A DNA stretch of 32,000 bases from Planctopirus limnophila DSM 3776. GTDB taxonomy: Bacteria > Planctomycetota > Planctomycetia > Planctomycetales > Planctomycetaceae. The stretch is taken from the NCBI RefSeq assembly GCF_000092105.1, contig NC_014148.1, forward strand, positions 3,780,001-3,812,000, written 5' to 3'. Numbering within the stretch: position 1 is the stretch's first letter; every line of letters starts with the position of its first letter. Both the position numbers and the translations under genes were made by a program. The notes beneath the pieces are model-generated. The model was not told where the DNA came from and did no database searches. It saw only the letters and a list, made by a program, of their open reading frames with translations. Positions 26,443-32,000 of the stretch are shown piece by piece.

Positions 26443-28224
26443 TTAATCAGCCACTTCGTCGTTACGAGGGGTGTCTTTGAAGCCACCCTCAAGCTTGGCA
26501 CCTTCCTTGATGGCAAACAATGTCGACTTGTTAGCAATGTACAGCACATCACCTGCCACCACTGGCGTCGAGTAGACCGCGTTTGACATATTGATCTCGC
26601 CAATGAGATTCATCTCTTTGGAAAGTTCGAAAATCGAAATGTCACCATCTTCGTCGCCAATATAGACGCGGCCTTCCACAATCAGTGGAGAACCCCACGA
26701 AGCGGCAAACATGTCGTGAACCCAGTAGACCACAGGCTTGCCATTGGCGTCGACCTTCTTGGCATCGAGGCAATGGAACAGACCACTGAAGTCAGCCACG
26801 AAGAGCAGATCGTCCTTGATGGCGACTGTGCCGCAGGTGCGGTGCATCGTCTCTTCGAAGTCGAATTTTTTGTTGCCATTCTTGTCGATCTGGTCATAGT
26901 GCCAAACGACTGCCGAGTTGGGATTCGGCTTTTCCACCTCACCTTTTTTCGGTTCGAGATTCTGGAGTCGACGTGCTTCGAGTGGCTTGCCGTCTTTATC
27001 GAATGCCAGAGTCGGGCTGACATCCCCCCGTTTCTTTGGGTCAATGCAGTAAAGATGCCCCTGCCCTTCCCCATGTTCAGGGTCTTCGCCAACACCCACA
27101 TACACGTAGCCATCGTAGTACACCGGAGTCGCAATGATATGATTGCGTGTGGCCCGTCCACCGAGCAGATAGAGCGACTCTTTCGGATTGGCATCAAACT
27201 TCCAGAGCAGTTTGGCTTTGCCAGCTCCATCACCTTTAGGATCAAAACTATAGACCCAGCCATCACCACCGCCAAAGACCACCTGAGCCTGACCATCCAG
27301 CACAAAGTGACAGGGGCTTGACCACTGACCATGCAGAATGTTGGCCCCAGGACTGTCATCCGTCCACAGGACTTTGCCAGTCGCCTGATCCAAAGCAATA
27401 AAGCTGGGTGCATTGGGAGCCGGCAGGTTGATGTGCGATTCATCCACACCATTCGAGGTGTTCACGAAGATCACACCATCGACGGCTGTAATCGAGCAGT
27501 TGCACATATTGTGCTGAGACACACCCAGCTGACCCATCATATCGACGCGCCAGATGATGTCGGCTTCGTCTTTGTTCGAGTTGGGCTCTGAGACATAGGG
27601 CCCATCGTTTTCACCATCGTGGAAGCCTTCGGCATCGAGGCAGACAACCTCTCCACGATTGGAGACATACCACAGCTTATCTCCTTCGGCGTAAACGGCA
27701 GCGCACACTCCCTGCAAAGGCCAGTCGTGCACACGACCAGTGGGCAGTTTGGGATTACTGTGCTGCCACAGAAACTTCCCGGTCTTCTCATCAAAACAGA
27801 CGAGTGCCCCCAGATCGACATTCTTGGGATATCGCTTGATGTAGCCATATCCGTTATTCGTGCCGACGTAAACTTTTCCGTTGGCGACCACCGGGTTGCC
27901 GTAGGTCTGTGAACCCAGCGCGGCTGCCCAGAGAATGTTTTCTCCCGATTCCAGATCCCACTGAGTGGGAATATTCTTCCCCTCGGGTGTGTTATTGCGA
28001 TAGGTGCTGCCACCCCACTGAGGCCAGTCCTTTGCCTGCACCTTCAAAGTGGCGATTTCCTTCAGTGCAGCAGCCGTCGGATCAAACTTGGTTCCCGATG
28101 GTTCAGAACCCAGAGTTGCCGAGATCATTAACGAGCCGGCAATGGCTGCCCTCCCCAATTCCAGCAATCCCGCAGGACAAGACGAGGCGCCGAGAAGACC
28201 AGTCAGCCAACGAAGTTGAGTCAT
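26443..28224 (-). CDS. secreted PQQ-like beta-propeller repeat protein, medium paralogue
   Basis: Has an N-terminal hydrophobic leader, then DWPQWGGSTYRNNTPEGKNIPTQWDL..ENILWAAALGSQTYGNPVVANGKVYVGT. Propeller blade motifs recur throughout (VVCLDAEG, FIALDQATGKVLW, LYCIDPK, FHCLDAK, LFAIKEG). Confidence 0.85.
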   Translation of the reverse strand: MTQLRWLTGLLGASSCPAGLLELGRAAIAGSLMISATLGSEPSGTKFDPTAAALKEIATLKVQAKDWPQWGGSTYRNNTPEGKNIPTQWDLESGENILWAAALGSQTYGNPVVANGKVYVGTNNGYGYIKRYPKNVDLGALVCFDEKTGKFLWQHSNPKLPTGRVHDWPLQGVCAAVYAEGDKLWYVSNRGEVVCLDAEGFHDGENDGPYVSEPNSNKDEADIIWRVDMMGQLGVSQHNMCNCSITAVDGVIFVNTSNGVDESHINLPAPNAPSFIALDQATGKVLWTDDSPGANILHGQWSSPCHFVLDGQAQVVFGGGDGWVYSFDPKGDGAGKAKLLWKFDANPKESLYLLGGRATRNHIIATPVYYDGYVYVGVGEDPEHGEGQGHLYCIDPKKRGDVSPTLAFDKDGKPLEARRLQNLEPKKGEVEKPNPNSAVVWHYDQIDKNGNKKFDFEETMHRTCGTVAIKDDLLFVADFSGLFHCLDAKKVDANGKPVVYWVHDMFAASWGSPLIVEGRVYIGDEDGDISIFELSKEMNLIGEINMSNAVYSTPVVAGDVLYIANKSTLFAIKEGAKLEGGFKDTPRNDEVAD

Positions 28225-28359
28225 ATGAGATTCCTATCATCGAGCCCGCAGGCATTTCTGTGCGAATGTGCAAAATCTTTGAATTGATTTCAGTCGGAAG
28301 TCGCCAGACGTGGGTCGTGCTGACGACTGATCAAATGGGTTTCAGGTAAGCCCATCCAT

Positions 28360-31293
28360 TTAACTTCTTGGAGTCACCTTCACATTGTCGAAGAAGATCT
28401 CCGTGTCTTTTGCATTTCCAAACAGCCCGGGGCTGCCATGGAAATTGGCGGGCTGATCGATCCATTCAATCGTCCACGCTTCAGGCTCAGGCTGATCTTT
28501 CAACCAGACCTTTCCACGGACTTTCGATGCGGGCTGACCATTGTGCTCAACGGTATCGACCACCATTTTCATCGTGTACCAGGTGTCCGGTTTCCATGCG
28601 TAAGGAACAGTATGCACCTTCTGATCGTGCGGATACCACGAATAGGCCTTCACCTGCTGACTCGCTCCCATCAGTTCGACCCGATAACGCTGGTTCATGA
28701 TGCCGATATCCGGCATACGGGCATTCGGGTCAGCATTGGCTGAAACTTCGAGTGGAGCCGAAGCGACATCGGCCTGAATCGTGTAGTTGGCCATATCAGG
28801 CCGACCAATCCACCCCTGGCTGCGTGTCCCCTTAGGAATTGTCGTGATCTTGCACAGCACGCCATTCCCTTCGACCTTCCGCGGGCCCTTAGCCACCACC
28901 AGAGTCGCTCCGGTCTCGGGAGTCCCAACCCACTTGAAGCTGGCGAGAACCCCTTCCTTCTGCAGCAATTCCAGAGCGGGATTCAGCTTGGCCTGAGCCA
29001 GTTCTTGTGTCGTTAACTCTTCCAGCAGACCCAGATAACGGAAGAAAGTCGTCCGTGGCTGAACGGGTGTGCTGTCATCGATCTTGAGTTGATCTCGCCC
29101 CAGATTGCTGAACTGCGTTGTGAGGTACACGTAGCACTTGGCAGCCAGCACATTCTCGGCATAGAGCCTTTTCCACAGGTCATAATCGAGGCCAATATGC
29201 CGATACCGCATCCCAATCCCGGTGATGGGCACAACACCATCGGAGAAAGCAAATTCCAGTGGAAGATCGGGAATCACCCGGATCCGGGCCGTGGTCGAGA
29301 TCTCACCAACTTTGGCTGTCACCATCGATGCTGTGTTAGCCGTATCAGTCGCGAGACTGAATTCACCATCAGGATCAATCTTGCCAGTCCCGGTGATCGT
29401 GTAGGCAATTTCTTTCTCAGTCGCTGGGCGCAGATACTGGCCTTTGCTGTTGTAAAGCAAAACCTGAAAGGCGAGCTTCTGCCCGGGCTTCATCACGGCT
29501 TCGGCTGGGACAATTGTCGCCGCAGCAGGTTGATCTTCGGCACCAGCAGGTGCTTCCTGAGCAACGGGCGGAATAGCGTCGTAAGTCACTTCAGGGTTGG
29601 CACTGCCAATACAGTACATTGTCGTATCGGTCGTCACATACAACCGGCCATCGGCAATAATGGGCGACGCATTCACTTCGGCATCCAGCCGCATTGAGTG
29701 AACTTTCTTCAGCCCCTTGGCTTCATCCGGTTCAAAAGTGAACCAGCGGCCTGTGGCATCCACTGCATAAATCTTCCCATCACCATAGACAGCACTGGCC
29801 CGGGCCATGGTGCCAATTTTCTGCTTGCCGATCAGTTTGCCCGTTTTCAGATCGACCACGAAGAAGATCCCGCCATCGTCAATCGCATAGATACGATCAC
29901 CCACGACGACAGGAGCACACTTGCCAATGTATTGCTCTTTATTCCGCCAGAGTTCTCCAGCTTTGGTCAGATTGCCGCGTTTGGTCGCATCGATGGCAAA
30001 CAAGGCACCCATCTTTGTGTCATCAAGATTTTCGTCACTATGCCCGCAGATCACAGTGCTGCCAATCACGATGGGCGACGTGTTAATACCTCGTGGCGAA
30101 ACATCGTAGTTCCAGAGCTGCTTGCCAGTGCGTGGCTGGAAGCCGTACATGCTTCCATCACCAGCCCCCAGCACCAGTTGCACTTCGCCATCAATCACGG
30201 CAAATGTGGGAGTGCTGTAGGTGGTATCTTCCGGTCGAAGCTTGGTCGAAACCAGCCAGACAAGTTCACCATTGCGTTGATCAAACGCCATCAGACGATG
30301 GGCGGGTTGAGCGTTTTCACCCCAGTTGATCAGCACACCACCGATAATGACGAGGTGCTCGAACACAATGGGAAAATTAGTACGGCCACCGTAAGTGGTC
30401 AGCATGCCATACTCTTCACTCATCGATCGCTGCCAGAGAGTCTTTCCGGTCTCTGCATCGATGGCCTGTAGCAGCCCGCAAACACCCAGAGCAAACACTT
30501 TTCCGGTGTGAGGGTCACCCACAACACTCGACCAGCCCACGCGTGTATCGGGAACATCGGATTCAAACACGTTGAAAACGTTTTCCCAGATTTTTTTACC
30601 GGTGGCTGCATCGACACAAATGACTTTTTCCGCTTCCTCAGGGGTGGCAGGCTTGTGCCGTACAAGCGTGAAGAGCTTGCCATTCATCACAATCGGAGTC
30701 GATCGGCCAGCCAGTTCGTCGTTCTTCCAGAGCACATTTTCCCCATCAGGAGACCACGTGGCTGGCAGATTCTTCGCCCGGGAAATGCCATTCATCTCCG
30801 GCCCGCGCCAATGCGGCCAGTCGCCCGCATGAATCACTCCCAGGGGGCTGATGGCAACCTGCCGATTTGGATTGACCTTCGACTCACTAACAGGGGCTGC
30901 TTCCTTTTCGGACGCAGCCGGTGTCTCCGCTTGTCCAAAAGAGATTGCCGGGGCCATGCCCAGAACTGGCGCCACCGTAAACAGCAAGGCCCATGTCGAG
31001 CGGGTCAACCATGCGAATCGCGGTCGATGAACCGCTATATTAAGCTTGTGGGTGTGTCGTGCGATCAATCCGGTTGCCCCTTCTGACGGTGATTCATTGA
31101 GTTGATTTCCCAACTGGTCGTGCATGACATACTCCACCAGTCGCCTCAACCTTTCACGATACATGCTAGTGCTGCTCATCAGGTTAACACTTGTTTGTCT
31201 ATCATGATGTGGCCAGAGCACTCCCACAACCATGAGAGTCTTCAGTGTCTTTTTGTCACTGCAATTCGCAACAAACGGTATCTGGATTTCCAC
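28360..31293 (-). CDS. secreted multidomain protein: PQQ-like beta-propeller, Big_2-like Ig domain, C-terminal DUF1080/LamG-like jelly-roll
   Basis: Signal peptide: RFAWLTRSTWALLFTVAPVLGMAPAISFGQAE. Propeller: DWPHWRGPEMNGISRAKNLPATWS...VLWKN, VICVDAATGKKIW, LQAIDAETGKTLW, LMAFDQRNGELVW. Ig-like segment: VMKPGQKLAFQVLLYNSKG...VTAKVGEISTTARIRV. The C-terminus ends GSPGLFGNAKDTEIFFDNVKV, resembling the DUF1080 C-terminus. The start is uncertain: the track uses GTG at 31293, but the ATG at 31125 has a ggtggag ribosome-binding site 6 nt upstream, and the sequence 5' of about 31180 looks non-coding. Confidence 0.8.
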   Translation of the reverse strand: MEIQIPFVANCSDKKTLKTLMVVGVLWPHHDRQTSVNLMSSTSMYRERLRRLVEYVMHDQLGNQLNESPSEGATGLIARHTHKLNIAVHRPRFAWLTRSTWALLFTVAPVLGMAPAISFGQAETPAASEKEAAPVSESKVNPNRQVAISPLGVIHAGDWPHWRGPEMNGISRAKNLPATWSPDGENVLWKNDELAGRSTPIVMNGKLFTLVRHKPATPEEAEKVICVDAATGKKIWENVFNVFESDVPDTRVGWSSVVGDPHTGKVFALGVCGLLQAIDAETGKTLWQRSMSEEYGMLTTYGGRTNFPIVFEHLVIIGGVLINWGENAQPAHRLMAFDQRNGELVWLVSTKLRPEDTTYSTPTFAVIDGEVQLVLGAGDGSMYGFQPRTGKQLWNYDVSPRGINTSPIVIGSTVICGHSDENLDDTKMGALFAIDATKRGNLTKAGELWRNKEQYIGKCAPVVVGDRIYAIDDGGIFFVVDLKTGKLIGKQKIGTMARASAVYGDGKIYAVDATGRWFTFEPDEAKGLKKVHSMRLDAEVNASPIIADGRLYVTTDTTMYCIGSANPEVTYDAIPPVAQEAPAGAEDQPAAATIVPAEAVMKPGQKLAFQVLLYNSKGQYLRPATEKEIAYTITGTGKIDPDGEFSLATDTANTASMVTAKVGEISTTARIRVIPDLPLEFAFSDGVVPITGIGMRYRHIGLDYDLWKRLYAENVLAAKCYVYLTTQFSNLGRDQLKIDDSTPVQPRTTFFRYLGLLEELTTQELAQAKLNPALELLQKEGVLASFKWVGTPETGATLVVAKGPRKVEGNGVLCKITTIPKGTRSQGWIGRPDMANYTIQADVASAPLEVSANADPNARMPDIGIMNQRYRVELMGASQQVKAYSWYPHDQKVHTVPYAWKPDTWYTMKMVVDTVEHNGQPASKVRGKVWLKDQPEPEAWTIEWIDQPANFHGSPGLFGNAKDTEIFFDNVKVTPRS

Positions 31294-31673
31294 TTGGCAA
31301 ACGTGCTGAGCATCCGCATGCCGCTCTGTTACCTGTAAGATCTAGAGCCAAACCTCAGGGCCTCAAACTCGAATCCCAGCCATGCCCAGGACTTGACTGC
31401 CCTGTCTACGAAGAAATCTTCCAAACAATTGGGAAAACATGTCGAAACAATCGATCTGCGGCATCATCGTCAACGGCCAAGTCTCTCCGGTTCACGGCAA
31501 TTCATCGTACAAATGCGGCGTCCCGAGGCTGCAGCAAATCATAAACACTTGTTTTCACAACTAATCGACCATACTGCAAAGCCGACCCTCAGGCAAGCGC
31601 CGAATCGAGACAGGCTCCCAGGCCCTGTGTGTCCGGCGAGCACTCGCCAGCCAGCACCCACACGAAACGAAAA

Positions 31674-31702
31674 CAGCCGAGACTTTTGCCAGGTCTCGGC
31701 TG
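31674..31702 (-). terminator. rho-independent terminator of the right-edge gene
   Basis: cagccgagac (31674-31683) pairs perfectly with gtctcggctg (31693-31702), 10 bp with a 9-nt loop. On the minus strand ttttcgtttcg follows. It lies 29 nt after the stop at 31731. Confidence 0.6.
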
Positions 31703-31730
31703 CAAATTTCCTTCGATCACAAGCTGGTTG

Positions 31731-32000
31731 CTACGCTGAAGCCCTGAGTGCAGCAGCACTTTCCCCCAGATGATTGAGCAAGCTTTCAATTCTTGCTTCC
31801 AGTTCTCGCTGGGCAGCGCGTGTTCGCTCATCGAGATCCACTCGAAGATCGTGCAGGTCAGATTCTGGATGTCCGACCTCATCGATCCCCGCTGCCAGAT
31901 GAGTCTCAACTGGCAGTTCGTCTGCCATTTCGAGTGCATCGGCCGCTGGCCCACGCTGGGAAGAGAGTGCCGCACGCAAGAGTGCCTGGACACCTTGCGG
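31731..32000 (-). CDS. C-terminal part of a hypothetical protein (the frame is open to the right window edge)
   Basis: The frame of track ORF 31731..31979 (TTG start) stays open through 32000 (...PQGVQALLRAALSSQ...). The C-terminus is charged and helical (DLHDLRVDLDERTRAAQRELEARIESLLNHL) and is followed by a good terminator. I assign no family. Confidence 0.4.
   Translation of the reverse strand, partial: PQGVQALLRAALSSQRGPAADALEMADELPVETHLAAGIDEVGHPESDLHDLRVDLDERTRAAQRELEARIESLLNHLGESAAALRASA

Noticed and set aside
23823-31293. Annotating the three propeller proteins as PQQ-dependent alcohol or glucose dehydrogenases.
   Set aside because: They have the PQQ_2/BamB-like repeat pattern and the WPxW leader motif typical of non-catalytic planctomycetal propellers. 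I could not identify the quinoprotein active-site signatures, and the window contains no pqq biosynthesis genes.
31308-31323. A sigma-54-like match, cGGCATgcggaTGCTC (minus strand), upstream of the 977-aa propeller gene.
   Set aside because: The GG-to-GC spacing is one nucleotide short of the invariant spacing, and the -12 element lacks TTGC.
31589-31993. The 134-aa minus-strand ORF, and the 126-aa + strand ORF 31393..31773, near the right edge.
   Set aside because: Their translations are Cys/Trp/Arg-rich and look non-protein-like. They overlap a terminator hairpin (31674-31702) and the better frame ending at 31731.

Overview
A 32-kb chromosomal segment with about 24 protein-coding genes, mostly on the minus strand. 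I saw no rRNA, tRNA, CRISPR array, IS element or prophage genes. The gene content points to a Planctomycetota genome (inference only): a DUF1559/H-X9-DG prepilin-like protein, a DUF1080 protein, several secreted PQQ-like beta-propellers, two diverged groEL copies and a Tat-signal TIM-barrel isomerase.

Layout from left to right:
- a partial lipoprotein missing from the ORF track (1-570)
- an 830-aa orphan secreted protein
- an AT-richer single-gene islet encoding a solitary HsdR-N/PD-(D/E)xK nuclease-like protein
- a co-oriented chaperone run, groEL-groES-groEL-dnaJ-grpE-FmdB-like zinc ribbon, with no dnaK and no CIRCE
- a Tat-exported sugar-phosphate isomerase/epimerase
- a co-oriented run of a MOT1-type anion transporter, two secreted alpha/beta hydrolases and a small membrane protein
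- a DUF1559 plus lipoprotein pair
- a hotdog thioesterase
- an orphan sigma-54-dependent response regulator
- a mannose-1-phosphate guanylyltransferase
- a co-oriented cluster of three PQQ-like beta-propeller paralogues, a cytoplasmic Fe-alcohol dehydrogenase and a DUF1080 protein

The observations I rank highest are all hypotheses; none is proven from sequence alone:
1. A 149-nt intergenic element (5347-5495) whose nested inverted repeats fold into a four-way junction with no unpaired junction nucleotides.
2. A near-consensus sigma-54 -24/-12 promoter directly upstream of the DUF1559-lipoprotein pair, about 0.9 kb from the orphan enhancer-binding protein.
3. The propeller/DUF1080/Fe-ADH cluster. 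Its 977-aa member fuses a propeller to a DUF1080-like jelly-roll, which suggests the separate propeller and DUF1080 genes work together.
4. The low-GC solitary nuclease islet.
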